DNA from: an uncultured Nitrospiraceae bacterium
GTDB taxonomy: Bacteria > Nitrospirota > Thermodesulfovibrionia > Thermodesulfovibrionales > UBA6898
Assembly: GCA_963811165.1 (NCBI GenBank)
Contig: CAWEQH010000004.1
Span: 416,001-480,000 of the forward strand
Length of the DNA: 64,000 nucleotides
Reading direction: 5' to 3'
Shown here: positions 40,567-51,938 of the stretch, piece by piece
Position numbering within the stretch: the first letter of the stretch is position 1
Layout of the letters: every line of letters begins with the position of its first letter
Position numbers and translations under genes: made by a program
Notes under the pieces: model-generated
Databases searched by the model: none
What the model saw: the letters and a program-made list of their open reading frames with translations, nothing else
Told to the model about the DNA's origin: nothing

Positions 40567-42480
40567 TGACATTAAGCTCATAGGAGAAGACGGAAGCGAA
40601 CAGAATATCGGCGACGTTTCGGAGTTAGAAAAACAGCTCAAAAAATCCAAGGCCATTGCGGTAAAGATCAACGGTCAGCTCCGCGATCTCGGGTCGGTCA
40701 AGTCACTGGGAGAAAACGACGTGGTCGAAGCGGTAACCTTTGATTCGGAGGAGGGCAAGCAGATTTATCGCCACAGCACGTCCCATGTGATGGCCCATGC
40801 CGTGAAAAAACTCTTCCCGGAAGCGAAGGTCGCGATCGGCCCTTCCATCCAGGACGGTTTTTACTACGACTTTGATATCGAAAAGACCTTTACCCCCGAG
40901 GACATCTCCGCCATCGAAAAAGAGATGGATACGCTGACGAAGAAGAACTCGCCTTTCGTCAGGAAAGAGATTTCGAAACAGGAGGCGCTGCAAATTGTTC
41001 TGCGGACATGGGCGAGCCTTATAAGGTCGAACTCCTGAATGACATACCGGATGAAACAGTGACGCTTTACGAGGAAGACGGCTTTGTCGATCTCTGCAGG
41101 GGTCCTCATCTTGCATCGACGGGGAGGATCGCCGCCTTTAAGCTCCTCAGCGTTGCAGGGGCTTACTGGAGAGGCGACGAGAAGAACAAGATGCTCCAGA
41201 GGATCTACGGTACCGCATTTAATGACCGGAAGGACCTGAAGGCATATCTCGATTTCCTCGAGGAGGTCAAAAAACGCGACCACAGGAGACTCGGCAAGGA
41301 ACTGGACCTCTTCAGCATAAGCGACGACATAGGTTCGGGACTCATCCTTTGGCACCCAAACGGCGCATTGATCCGAAAGACGATCGAAGATTTCTGGAGA
41401 AACGAACACCTGAAGGCCGACTATAAGCTCCTCTTTTCCCCCCATATCGCCAAACTCGAACTCTGGAGGAGGTCCGGACACCTCGATTTCTACAGGGAGA
41501 ACATGTATTCCCCGATGGAGATAGAGGGCGTGGACTATGAGCTGAAACCCATGAATTGCCCCTTCCACTTAAGCGTCTACAAGAGTTCGTTGAGGAGTTA
41601 CCGCGATCTGCCGATACGCTACGCCGAACTAGGCACTGTATACCGGTACGAAAGGTCGGGGACCTGCACGGGCTCCTTAGGGTGAGGGGATTTACCCAGG
41701 ACGATGCGCACATCTTTTGCAGGGAGGACCAGATAGAGGAGGAGATACTTGAATATCCTCGATTTTACCCTTTTTATCCTAAAGACGTTCGGATTCGATT
41801 CGTATGACATATATCTTTCTACGCGTCCTGAAAAGTATGTCGGCAGTCCCGAAAACTGGGAAAGGTCGACGAATGCCCTGAAGAACGCGCTTGAGACAAA
41901 GGGCCTGTCGTTTATGGTCGATCCCGGCGAGGGTGTCTTCTACGGCCCGAAGATCGACATCAAGGTGAAGGATTCCCTCGGCCGGGCTTGGCAGTGCAGC
42001 ACGATACAGGTCGATTTCAACAACCCCGAGAGATTCGATATCACGTACAGGGGAGCGGACGGCAAGGAGCACAGGCCGATCATGGTCCATAGGGCGTTGA
42101 TGGGCTCACTCGAAAGGTTCTTCGGGGTCCTGATCGAGCATTATGCCGGGGCCTTTCCGCTCTGGCTGGCCCCGGTCCAGATATCGGTGCTCACCATTTC
42201 GGAGAGGCACGAGAATATGCCGAAAGAGTGTTGCGGCTGCTCTCAGGGCCGGGGCATCAGGGTTGAACTCGATGCCGACAGCGAAAAGATAGGCAATAAG
42301 ATCAGGAAGAGCAGTGTGCGAAAGATCCCGTATTCGGTTATAATAGGAGATAAAGAGGCGTCTGAAGCACAGCAGTAATGCTGAGAAGGCGGAATGGGGA
42401 GAATTTGGGCCCGTTTGCGATTGGATGAATTAATATCTTTTCTTGAGGAAGAGATAAACTCCATGGAGGTGAAAACATAA
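40567..42480 (+). CDS. thrS: Threonine--tRNA ligase (several apparent frameshifts)
   Basis: [42 protein letters not shown] and HRALMGS motifs spread over frames. Confidence 0.93.
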
Positions 42481-42996
42481 GCGGGAGAGACGTTGGCAAA
42501 GGCATAAGAGTCAACGAGCAGATCAGGGCAAGGGAGATGAGGGTCATCGACAGTGAAGGCGAGCAGCTTGGAGTGATGACGGTCAGAGAGGCCCTTAGCC
42601 ATGCGGCCGAAAAGGGAACTGGACCTGGTCGAGGTGTCGCCGACAGCGGCGCCGCCCGTATGCAAGATACTTGATTTCGGGAAATACAAGTATCAGCTCA
42701 ATAAAAAACATACCCAGAAAAAGACGATAGACGTCAAAGAGGTCAAGGTAAGGCCGCAGATAAACGAGCATGACCTTGGGTTGAAGATAAGGAACATAAA
42801 CCGCTTCATCGAGGAGGGAGACAAGGCCAAGATCGTGATGTATTTCAGGGGGCGGGAAATCATCCGTCCTGAATTGGGGATGAAGGTCTTCGAAAAAATA
42901 ACCCAGCAGCTGACGGGCAAATTTCAGATCGAGCAGCAGCCAAGACTTGAGGGCAACCACATCACCATGGTAGTTGCCCCCAAATCAGCGGGATAA
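42477..42996 (+). CDS. infC: Translation initiation factor IF-3 (ATA start; one apparent frameshift)
   Basis: [29 protein letters not shown] and FRGRE motifs. Confidence 0.9.
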
Positions 42997-43196
42997 TAAA
43001 ACCGGAACCAAGGCGGCCGACGTTCAAGCCTGGTTGTCTTTTGTCCATTGTTCTTCAGGGTGCCTGAAAGGTACCCGTGACAAATATATTTTTTTAGGTT
43101 ATAATTATATCTCTTATTTCTGATCGATCAAGAGAAGGATACCGATGCACGAGACTAGTGCGGCTTATTTCCGCATATTATTTTAAGGAGGAAGAG

Positions 43197-43394
43197 ATGC
43201 CAAAGATAAAGACCCACAGAGGGGCAGCAAAGAGGTTTAAAGTGACGGGACCAGGAAAGATCAAGAGGGGAAGGCCTACAAGGGCCATCTCCTGACGACA
43301 AGTCCGCAAAGAGGACGAGAAAGCTGAGGACAGCTGACACTGGTATCTACAAGCGATCATGACGGCATAAAGACGCTTTTGCCGTATCTTATAA
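43197..43394 (+). CDS. rpmI: 50S ribosomal protein L35 (apparent indels)
   Basis: [18 protein letters not shown]...LLPY; lies between infC and rplT. Confidence 0.9.
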
Positions 43395-43504
43395 GAAGCA
43401 GCAACTATAACTGTAATCAAGCAGTGAAAGTGCAACTGAAGAATAAGTTTCTGAGTCTGTCCTTTCATACCGCTTTACGTTTCTATGATTTTGAGGAGGA
43501 GAAG

Positions 43505-43861
43505 ATGCCCAGGGCAAAAGGTGGTTTTAAGACAAGAAGAAGAAGGAAGAAGATCCTTGACAGGGCAAGGGATATTACGGCGGAAAAGCCGTCTTTTCAG
43601 AGTCGCGACGGAGACCGTCGAAAGGCGCTTCAGTACGCGTATCGCGACAGGAAGGCGAAGAAACGCGAATTCAGGTCGCTCTGGATAACCAGGATCAGCG
43701 CCGCTGTCCGCGCCATGGGCCTGAATTACAGCCAGTTCATGCACGGCCTGAGGAAGGCCGATATTGTACTGGACAGGAAATCGCTTGCCGATCTGGCGTA
43801 CAGCGATCCCAAGGCGTTTAGCCAGATCGCCGAGACAGTAAAAACACAATTGGCCTCATAA
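43505..43861 (+). CDS. rplT: 50S ribosomal protein L20
   Basis: MPRAKGG...[21 protein letters not shown]...LDRKSLA; short out-of-frame stretch. Confidence 0.93.
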   Translation: MPRAKGGFKTRRRRKKILDRARDITAEKPSFQSRDGDRRKALQYAYRDRKAKKREFRSLWITRISAAVRAMGLNYSQFMHGLRKADIVLDRKSLADLAYSDPKAFSQIAETVKTQLAS

Positions 43862-43874
43862 GCGCGTCCGGTGG

Positions 43875-44919
43875 ATGAACATCTCTCTCCAGAACAATAC
43901 TCGGTTCACTCACACAGATAGAAGAGACCTTCCGGTCCGACATCGGGAGGGTCGCAACCTTGGCGACCTCCAGCAGGTCAGGGCCAAGTATTCAGGAAAG
44001 AAAGGGCTTTTAACGGAAAAGATGAAGGCCCTTTCCTCGGTCCCCGATCCCATCCAGAAGAAGCGCAATTACGGCAGGACGGATCAACGAGCTAAAGAAT
44101 TTTATCGAGGAGTCGTTAAAGGGCAGGGAACTTCTTCTTAAGGAAGTCGAGCAGGAGAGGCGGCTCCTCACTGAAAAGATAGACATCACCCTCCCGGGTA
44201 AATCCGTTAAGTTCGGCAGAAGACATCCGATAAACCAGGTCCTCTCAGAGATAAAGGACATATTCGTCTCGATGGGTTTCGGGATAGAAGACGGGCCCGA
44301 GGTCGAGCTCGACCACTATAATTTCGAGGCCCTCAATATTCCGAAAGACCATCCGGCCCGGGACATGCAAGACACCTTTTACATCTCCGGCGACGTAGTG
44401 CTTCGGACCCATACCTCTCCGGTACAGGTAAGGGTAATGGAAAAGAGAAAGCCGCCCCTCAAGATCATTGCGCCGGGCAAGGTATACCGCTGCGATGCAG
44501 ATGTCTCCCATACCGCCATGTTCCACCAGGTCGAAGGGCTCATGGTGGACACCGACGTTTCCTTCAGTGACCTTAAGGGTGTGCTCGAATTATTTATCCA
44601 CAGTTTTTTCGGCAAAGAGACCCCTGTGAGGTTCAGGCCCAGCTATTTCCCCTTTACCGAGCCGAGCGCCGAGGTGGATATCGGCTGTGTATTTTGTAAA
44701 GGGAAAGGCTGCAGGGTATGTAAGACAACCGGATGGCTTGAGGTGCTTGGCTCAGGACTTGTCAATCCCAGGGTGTTTGAGATGGCCGGATACGACCCCG
44801 GGCAATACTCCGGGTTTGCCTTCGGCATGGGAGTCGAGAGGATGACGATGCTCAAGTATTCGATAGATGATATACGGCTGTTCTATGAAAACGACCTGAG
44901 GTTTTTAAGGCAATTCTAA
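43875..44919 (+). CDS. pheS: Phenylalanine--tRNA ligase alpha subunit (5' part frameshifted)
   Basis: [32 protein letters not shown] and GFAFGMG motifs. Confidence 0.93.
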
Positions 44920-44974
44920 GAATGAGAACACATAAGAATTTCAATGTTTGTCCAAAATCCGCCATTAAAGACAT

Positions 44975-45106
44975 ATGCATGAGAACAGCATCTTCGCTCA
45001 TTCTCGGTCCGTCGAAACGCCGGACCTCCGGGGGCCCCGGCGCGCATTACCGCGAGAGTGATGCAATACGCGCCGCTGACGCCGCTTTGATGCTGTCCTC
45101 ACGCAT
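44975..45106. repeat. Small IR-bounded element between pheS and pheT
   Basis: ATGCATGAGAACAGCATC versus rc ATGCGTGAGGACAGCATC (16/18), with GC-rich internal hairpins. Confidence 0.5.
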
Positions 45107-45132
45107 GCTCGGTGGCGACTGGACGTGGTAAT

Positions 45133-47190
45133 ATGAAAGTCTCTTTCGAGTGGCTTAAGGATTTTGTGGATGTTCAGGCCTCCCCTCAGGAAGTGGCGCA
45201 CAGGCTTACCATGGCGGGGCTTGAGATAGAGGGCATGGAGACCGTCGGTGACGACATTGTGTTTGAGGTAAATGTGACTCCCAACAGGCCCGACTGCCTC
45301 AGCATTCTGGGCATTGCGAGAGAGGTCGCGGCCGTCTTTTGCTTGCCGCTTAGAATGCCGGATACGGAAGTGAAGGACGTATCTGCCGCCCCCGGCGTTA
45401 CCGTGGAAATCCTCGACCCCGGTCTCTGTAACAGATACACCGGAAGGTCGATTTCGGGAGTGACGGTCGGCGATTCCCCTCAGTGGCTGAAGGACCGGCT
45501 TGAAAGATGCGGCATACGCTCTTTGCACAATAATGTCGTTGACATTACCAATTATGTGCTTTTGGAGCTGGGGCATCCTCTTCATGCCTTCGACGAAGAT
45601 ACATTATACGGCAGAAAGATAAGGGTCGCAAAAGCGGGTGAGGGCAGAAGCATCACTACCCTCGACGGCGCAGAGAGAAGATTATCTCCGGAGATGCTTC
45701 TGATATGGGACGGCAAAGACCCGGTGGCGATCGCAGGTGTTATGGGCGGCGAGGGATCAAGCGTCACCGCCCGAACCGGAAACATCTTTCTTGAGAGCGC
45801 TTACTTCGAACCGACCTCGGTGAGGCGGACATCAAAGGCGCTTGGGTTGAAGACCGAATCATCTTACAGGTTCGAAAGGGGAACAGACATCGTATTTCTC
45901 GAAAAGGCCCTGAACAGGGCAGCCCTTCTTATTGCCCAGACCGGCGGCGGGAAGGTCCATGATATCGTAGATGTCTATCCCGAAAAATATGCGGAGAATC
46001 CGGTAGAGGTGGAATACGAGAAGGTAAATACCTTGCTGGGTACTGCGCTTTCGAAGACCGAGATGCTCGGGACGCTCGATCGCGCGGGTATCCGTACGGA
46101 AGACAGAGGCGGAAAGTTTCTTGCGTACCCGCCTCCCTACAGAAGAGACGTAAGAGAGTATTACGATGTGGTTGAAGAGGTGGCCCGTATCTACGGCTTT
46201 GAAAACATCCCCGCCAGGACCCCCAAGACCACGCTTTCCGACGGTGTGCTTAATTGGAGAGAGATCAATGTCGGCAGGGTGAGGGAGTCGGTCAGAAAGA
46301 CCGGCTTTACCGAAGTGATCAACTATAGCTTTATGAACGGGACCGATCTGGACCTGCTTTCGGTCCCGGGCGGCGACACACGGAGGAGGCATATCAGTGT
46401 CATGAACCCGCTTAGGCAGGAGGACTCCCTCATGAGGACGACCCTTCTGCCCTCTTTGCTTAACAATTTCCTCTATAACCTTTCACGGGGCATGAGGGAC
46501 ATCAGGCTGTTTGAGGTCTCAAAGGTCTTTATAGACGAGGGGGGGGCGCTGCCCAAAGAAGAGCTGATGCTCGGCGGCATCTTCTTTAGAGAAAAACTTC
46601 CCTCTTTATGGAAAGAGGACGCGCCGTCTTTTTTTATCGCCAAGGGGACGATCGACTCTCTCTTAGAAGAGATGAAGATAAAGGAATATTCCTGGGCGCC
46701 TTCGGAAGAGGTCTTCCTTCATAAGGGCAAGTCTGCCGATATTTTGCTCGATGAGACACGGATAGGTTTTATCGGTGAACTCGGCCCGGCTGTCGTCGAA
46801 AAACTTGACCTCAAGATCAATAAACCCGAGATCGTGATGTTTGAGCTGAACCTGGACAAACTTCTTTCCTGCGTCCCCGTCAAGCTTACTTACATGCAGA
46901 TACCAAAATACCCGGCGGTAGAGCGTGACATCGCGATTATCCTGGACGAAGGGACCGCCTCCGCGGAGGTGATGAAAAAACTTACCGGGTATGCCTCCGA
47001 ATGTATCGAACGCGTCGAACTCTTCGACCTTTACAAGGGCAAAAACATCCCTCAGGGGAAAAAGAGCCTCGCCTTCAGGATCACGTACCGTGCTTCCGAC
47101 AGGACGCTGACCGACAACGAGGTCGAAGAGGTGCACGGCGGCCTGGTTGGATATATCCTCAGGGAGACGGGCGGGGAACTTAGGGCGTAG
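45133..47190 (+). CDS. pheT: Phenylalanine--tRNA ligase beta subunit (short form lacking the B2 OB domain)
   Basis: TPNRPDCLS, PLHAFD, SSYRFERG, EEVARIYG and FDX-ACB C-terminus. Confidence 0.95.
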   Translation: MKVSFEWLKDFVDVQASPQEVAHRLTMAGLEIEGMETVGDDIVFEVNVTPNRPDCLSILGIAREVAAVFCLPLRMPDTEVKDVSAAPGVTVEILDPGLCNRYTGRSISGVTVGDSPQWLKDRLERCGIRSLHNNVVDITNYVLLELGHPLHAFDEDTLYGRKIRVAKAGEGRSITTLDGAERRLSPEMLLIWDGKDPVAIAGVMGGEGSSVTARTGNIFLESAYFEPTSVRRTSKALGLKTESSYRFERGTDIVFLEKALNRAALLIAQTGGGKVHDIVDVYPEKYAENPVEVEYEKVNTLLGTALSKTEMLGTLDRAGIRTEDRGGKFLAYPPPYRRDVREYYDVVEEVARIYGFENIPARTPKTTLSDGVLNWREINVGRVRESVRKTGFTEVINYSFMNGTDLDLLSVPGGDTRRRHISVMNPLRQEDSLMRTTLLPSLLNNFLYNLSRGMRDIRLFEVSKVFIDEGGALPKEELMLGGIFFREKLPSLWKEDAPSFFIAKGTIDSLLEEMKIKEYSWAPSEEVFLHKGKSADILLDETRIGFIGELGPAVVEKLDLKINKPEIVMFELNLDKLLSCVPVKLTYMQIPKYPAVERDIAIILDEGTASAEVMKKLTGYASECIERVELFDLYKGKNIPQGKKSLAFRITYRASDRTLTDNEVEEVHGGLVGYILRETGGELRA

Positions 47191-47326
47191 GCAGCACGGG
47201 TTTCCTTCCGGGCACGTTCTCTTTTCTCTTCGTCAGGACCCATCTCTCCTTTTTTTCGCCGACTGTTCATTATTGAATCCTTTTTGATATAGTAGTGATC
47301 ATGTGTCCGAATGACATACCTCTCTT

Positions 47327-49117
47327 ATGAAAAAAGATCCTAAAACCGGTAAGGGACATGCGGTCAGGGCCGAAAAACCGGACGTGAAAGCCAAAAGAAG
47401 TCCGGCCTCCTTCGGAAGTAAGCCCGGGGAAAAAATCCGCGTACAGAAGGGCCGTTCGTCCCGGGCGCTCCCGGCGGCCGGGCAAAGCAGAAAGGCCCAG
47501 GACAGGCTCTTTGATATACTTGAGAGTATTTCCGACGGGTTTTTCACCCTTGACCATACATGGCGGTTTACCTACGTCAATAAGGAGGCGGTGCGGCTTT
47601 GGAGAAAAAGCCTTGACGAATTGATCGGCGGAAGCATATGGGACATCGCCCCTAAAGCGGTCGGCACTGTCTTCGAAAAACTCTATCATAAGGCCGTAGA
47701 TGAACAGGTGCCTGTGGCGTTTGAGGCGCCTTCGCCGCTGCTTGGTGGTGTCTGGGTGGAGGTCCGCGCCTATCCTTCCAGGGAAGGGCTGTCAGTCTAT
47801 TTCCACGACATTACCGAGCGGAAGGCGGCCCAAGAAAATATCTTCCGCCTAAACCGCCTCTATTCCGTCCTGAGCAAGATAAATGAGGCGATCGTCCGCA
47901 TCCGCGAACCGGAGAAACTTTACGAACGGGTCTGCCGCATCGCCGTTGAAGACGGCCTGTTTAAGATGGCATGGATAGGGCTTAAAGATCCGGATACACG
48001 CGTGGTAAAGCCCGTTGCGCGGTGGGGAGATACGGGCGGTTACCTTGAAACGATTAAGGTCGTTGCGGACGATGTGCCGGAAGGCAGGGGTCCCACGGGA
48101 AGAGCGGTCTTTGAAGGAAAACATTTCATATGCAGCGACATAGAACGCGACCCGATCATGAGGCCCTGGCGTGAGAAGGCGCTTAGTCACGGGTTCCGCA
48201 CTTCTGCCGGGTTCCCGCTCCATATCGGCTCAGATGTCATCGGCGCCCTCACCATATACGCCGGCCAGCCGAGTTATTTCACTGAAGAGGAGATAATGCT
48301 GCTTGTTTCGATGGCGGAAGATGTCTCTTTCGCCATGTCCTCGATAGAAAATGAAAGGAGGCGGCAGGCGGCCGAAGATGAGCTGAAGAGGCTCAACGAA
48401 GAACTGGAGCATAAGGTCGCCGAGCGCACTACGAAACTCGAAGCCGCGAACAAGGAGCTGGAGACATTCAGCTATTCCGTCTCCCACGACCTTCGTGCGC
48501 CGCTTAGGACCATCAGCGGATTTTCGCAGATACTGATGGACGACCATGCGGAGAAGCTCGACGATGAGATGAAGAAACACCTCAACATAATTCGGAACAA
48601 CACCCGCAGGATGGACCTATTGATTAATGCCCTGCTGGATTTGTCGAGGATAGGACGGCAGAGGATGGAAATTGCCGGGGTCGACATGGAGAGGCTTGTA
48701 AAGTCCATGATCGGCGGGACCGTGGAAAGCCTGTCCGGACGGCAGATATCTTTTGACGTAAAGACTCTCCCGCCGGCAAGGGGTGATCTTGTTCTGTTAA
48801 GGCAGGTCTTCGAAAATCTTATTTCCAATGCGGTCAAGTTCACCGCTCCCAAAGACAGCGCTTCCGTTGAGGTCGGCGGGTGGACCGAAGAGAAGGAAAA
48901 TGTCTATTATGTGAAAGACAACGGTGCCGGGTTCGATATGAAATATGGGGAAAAACTCTTCGGCGCATTTCAGCGGCTGCACAGCCTAAGGGAATTCGAA
49001 GGGACGGGGATAGGGCTCTCGATCGTCCGCCGCATCATCAGGCGACACGGCGGACGGGTGTGGGCCGAGGGCAGGGTAAACGAAGGGGCGACGTTTTTCT
49101 TTTCCCTTCCTGAATGA
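47327..49117 (+). CDS. PAS-GAF sensor histidine kinase
   Basis: PAS and GAF domains; H-box [10 protein letters not shown]1 and G2 boxes (NAVKF, DNGAGF, GTGIGL). Confidence 0.92.
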   Translation: MKKDPKTGKGHAVRAEKPDVKAKRSPASFGSKPGEKIRVQKGRSSRALPAAGQSRKAQDRLFDILESISDGFFTLDHTWRFTYVNKEAVRLWRKSLDELIGGSIWDIAPKAVGTVFEKLYHKAVDEQVPVAFEAPSPLLGGVWVEVRAYPSREGLSVYFHDITERKAAQENIFRLNRLYSVLSKINEAIVRIREPEKLYERVCRIAVEDGLFKMAWIGLKDPDTRVVKPVARWGDTGGYLETIKVVADDVPEGRGPTGRAVFEGKHFICSDIERDPIMRPWREKALSHGFRTSAGFPLHIGSDVIGALTIYAGQPSYFTEEEIMLLVSMAEDVSFAMSSIENERRRQAAEDELKRLNEELEHKVAERTTKLEAANKELETFSYSVSHDLRAPLRTISGFSQILMDDHAEKLDDEMKKHLNIIRNNTRRMDLLINALLDLSRIGRQRMEIAGVDMERLVKSMIGGTVESLSGRQISFDVKTLPPARGDLVLLRQVFENLISNAVKFTAPKDSASVEVGGWTEEKENVYYVKDNGAGFDMKYGEKLFGAFQRLHSLREFEGTGIGLSIVRRIIRRHGGRVWAEGRVNEGATFFFSLPE

Positions 49118-49160
49118 GGCGCTGAGGAGACCATAAAGAAGAAAAGATCGCCGAATTTTT

Positions 49161-49240
49161 GTCATCCCGGCTTGACCGGGACCCTTCTTTAAGAATGATT
49201 ATCGACAAGCCTGCCTGCCGGACAGGCAGGCGGGAATGAC
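49161..49240. repeat. GTCAT...ATGAC palindromic element with nested GCCTGCCTG-CCGGA-CAGGCAGGC mini-hairpin
   Basis: Between convergent genes; same family as 1253, 31430 and 37598. Confidence 0.7.
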
Positions 49241-49265
49241 AGGGTACAACCGTTACAGAATCGAT

Positions 49266-49469
49266 CTATCCTTTGATCTTGTATCCGGCCTTGACGATGG
49301 CGTCTTCGATGTCTTGTTTCTTTATGAGTGCTTCGTCGAATGTCACCTTCGCCTGTCCCACCACTACGTCTGATTGGTTGATGCCTTTGAGTCCCTCGAT
49401 CGCTTTTTTTACCCTCATCACACAGTGCTGGCAGGACATCCCTTCGATAGCTATGGTTGTTTCAGTCAT
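49266..49469 (-). CDS. copZ: Heavy-metal-associated (CopZ-like) chaperone
   Basis: GMSCQHC motif, 67 aa. Confidence 0.9.
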   Translation of the reverse strand: MTETTIAIEGMSCQHCVMRVKKAIEGLKGINQSDVVVGQAKVTFDEALIKKQDIEDAIVKAGYKIKG

Positions 49470-49505
49470 GTTTTCTCCTTTTAATAGAGTTTGGGCTGAT
49501 TATCT

Positions 49506-50741
49506 CTACACATTAACAGTAAGTATTTTCCTGACGATCTCCGGGTAGGTTGCGATGAAGCGAAGTTCGTCGTCCGTGAGCGCTTTCTGCGTATGGAGGT
49601 TGGCGTACTGGACGAGTTCGAGGACCTTTCTGGCCTCGTCGTCGGTCCGGAAATGGATGCCCAGTTTATCGTAGACATGCCTGAACCCTTTGACCCCGCC
49701 GTATTCTCCCGTTGTGATGATCCTGCCTGTTTCGAGCAGTTCGGGTTCGCCCCTGCCGACGTCTTCGGGATCATAGAGCTCGTAATTGCGCCTGTCTTTC
49801 AGCGCCCCGTCAGCATGTATCCCGGATTCATGGGCAAAGGCGTTTGAGCCGATCCCTGGCTGATTGATCGGGATCGGGAGGCCGAATGCGTAGGAAGCGT
49901 ATCTGGCGACCTTCCAGGACCTTTTCAGGTCTACATGCTCATCGAGGTGTACCTTCCGGCTCAGTCCGTGCGAGAACTTAAGGGCGAGGATTGTCGAAAC
50001 CAGGTCGCAGTTTCCGCAGCGTTCGCCGTATCCGTTTAAGGTAGTATTAATGTAGGTATCGACCCCCATTTCAATCGCACCCTGTGCACCGGCACACGAC
50101 ACGGCTTCGGCCATTCCGAGATCGTTGTGGCAGTGCATCTCAAGAGGGAACTTCGTTGCGGAGGCGAGCGCCTTGATCCTCTCGTAGATCGTGATCGGGT
50201 CGTCGGCACCGAGTGTGTCGCAGTATCTGAAGCGGTCTGCCCCGGCCTCTTTGCCGGCAAGCGTGAAGTCGATGAGCCGTTGCAGTTCCGTCCTCGAGGC
50301 ATCTTCGGCGTTTATCCCCACCGTCTCGGCCCCCAGTTCCCTGGCTGTTGCGACCGCCGCGACCATCGACTTTACTATGTCTTTCCAGGTCTTTTTTCCC
50401 AGGAACTTGCCGTGTATCATGATTTCGGAGGTGGACATGGAGATGTTTAGGTGCTTTATGTCGGGGCAGTTCTTAAAGGCAAGCCTCACGTCTTCTGGGA
50501 TCGCCCTGCACCACCCCTCCAGGTGGGTCCTTTTTATTGCGCCGACTTTCGCCAGTTCCAGGTTGCCGTTTATGTAGTTGACCTCGTGCTTGAGGGTCGG
50601 GAACCCTATCTCGCTCTGAAAGACCCCCATCTCGTCGAGATAGATATTGAGCATGGTCTTAGAAAGCTTCGGAAGCAGGATGCGCGACGTCTGCACCCCG
50701 TCCCTGTTGGTAACGTCTATGAGATATACTTTTCCCGGCAT
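49506..50741 (-). CDS. LeuA/NifV-family Claisen synthase (homocitrate synthase or Re-citrate synthase)
   Basis: DVTNRDGVQ, AEDASR, HCHNDLG, GERCGN and AHESGIH motifs. Confidence 0.85.
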   Translation of the reverse strand: MPGKVYLIDVTNRDGVQTSRILLPKLSKTMLNIYLDEMGVFQSEIGFPTLKHEVNYINGNLELAKVGAIKRTHLEGWCRAIPEDVRLAFKNCPDIKHLNISMSTSEIMIHGKFLGKKTWKDIVKSMVAAVATARELGAETVGINAEDASRTELQRLIDFTLAGKEAGADRFRYCDTLGADDPITIYERIKALASATKFPLEMHCHNDLGMAEAVSCAGAQGAIEMGVDTYINTTLNGYGERCGNCDLVSTILALKFSHGLSRKVHLDEHVDLKRSWKVARYASYAFGLPIPINQPGIGSNAFAHESGIHADGALKDRRNYELYDPEDVGRGEPELLETGRIITTGEYGGVKGFRHVYDKLGIHFRTDDEARKVLELVQYANLHTQKALTDDELRFIATYPEIVRKILTVNV

Positions 50742-50870
50742 ATAACCCTCTCTGCTTTCACGATTATTCGATTTTACGGTTTGCGGACGAAATTAATTAT
50801 ACCATAGAAAACTAGTGGAAAAGAAACTGTTACTTTGTTAAAATTATAGACGTTTTTTTAGGGGGTGGTT

Positions 50871-51611
50871 ATGGATTTCAAAGGACAGGTCGCTCTGGTA
50901 ACGGGCGGCGCAAGGGGCATAGGGAAAACTATTGCAGAGAACCTTGCGAAAAAGGGTGTGGCCCTCGCTATTGCCGATGTGTCGGTTGAGAGCGCCGGGG
51001 AGACGGCAAGAGAACTTGCATCATTAGGCGTAAAGACGTCGGCGCTCAGGCTCGATGTCTCGAAATCCGACCAGGTGGTGAAGGCGTTCGAGGATATCGT
51101 AAGAGAGTTCGGCAGGCTCGACATAGTGGTGAACAACGCCGGTATTACAAAGGACGGCCTTGTGCTGAGGATGAAAGAAGAGGACTGGGACGCGGTCATC
51201 AATATAAACCTCAAGGGCGTTTTCCTCTGTTCGAAAGAGGCGGTGAAGGTGATGGTGAAACAGAAGTACGGGAGGATAATCAATATCGCCTCGGTCGTCG
51301 CCTTCATGGGAAACCCGGGCCAGGCCAATTACAGCGCCTCCAAGGCGGGAATCGTGGGGCTGACAAAAACCGTCGCCCGGGAATATGCCAGCAGGGGAAT
51401 TACCGTCAATGCGGTGGCCCCCGGTTTTATTGCAACGGCGATGACGGACGCCCTTGCTGAAAATGTAAAGCGAGAAATGTTAAAATCTATACCGGTCGGA
51501 AAATTCGGGTCCGTGGATGATGTTGCAAACGCCGTCGCTTTCCTCGCATCGCCGGAGTCGGGGTATATCACGGGACACGTGATACATGTCAATGGTGGAA
51601 TGTATATGTGA
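50871..51611 (+). CDS. fabG: 3-oxoacyl-ACP reductase
   Basis: TGGARGIG, NNAGIT and YSASK motifs. Confidence 0.95.
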   Translation: MDFKGQVALVTGGARGIGKTIAENLAKKGVALAIADVSVESAGETARELASLGVKTSALRLDVSKSDQVVKAFEDIVREFGRLDIVVNNAGITKDGLVLRMKEEDWDAVININLKGVFLCSKEAVKVMVKQKYGRIINIASVVAFMGNPGQANYSASKAGIVGLTKTVAREYASRGITVNAVAPGFIATAMTDALAENVKREMLKSIPVGKFGSVDDVANAVAFLASPESGYITGHVIHVNGGMYM

Positions 51612-51707
51612 GGATTTATCATAGAGAATAGGGTGGCATGCCGGAGGCATGCGACCGGTCTTGTTCAGAGATGCATTTAAATTTGAAATTATGCGGGAGG
51701 TATAGTA

Positions 51708-51938
51708 ATGAATGACGAAAAGGTGAAAGAGATTATCGCAAAGCAGCTGGGCGTGAACATCGCCGAAGTGACGCCGGAGGCTTCGTTCGTCGAAGATCTG
51801 GGCGCGGACTCGCTCGATACCGTGGAACTCGTGATGGCCTTTGAAGAGACCTTCAATATAGAAATCCCCGATGAGGATGCGGAAAAGATAACGAAGGTAA
51901 AAGACGCTATAGAATATATAAAGAACAAACAGTCTTAA
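51708..51938 (+). CDS. acpP: Acyl carrier protein
   Basis: [18 protein letters not shown]. Confidence 0.97.
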   Translation: MNDEKVKEIIAKQLGVNIAEVTPEASFVEDLGADSLDTVELVMAFEETFNIEIPDEDAEKITKVKDAIEYIKNKQS

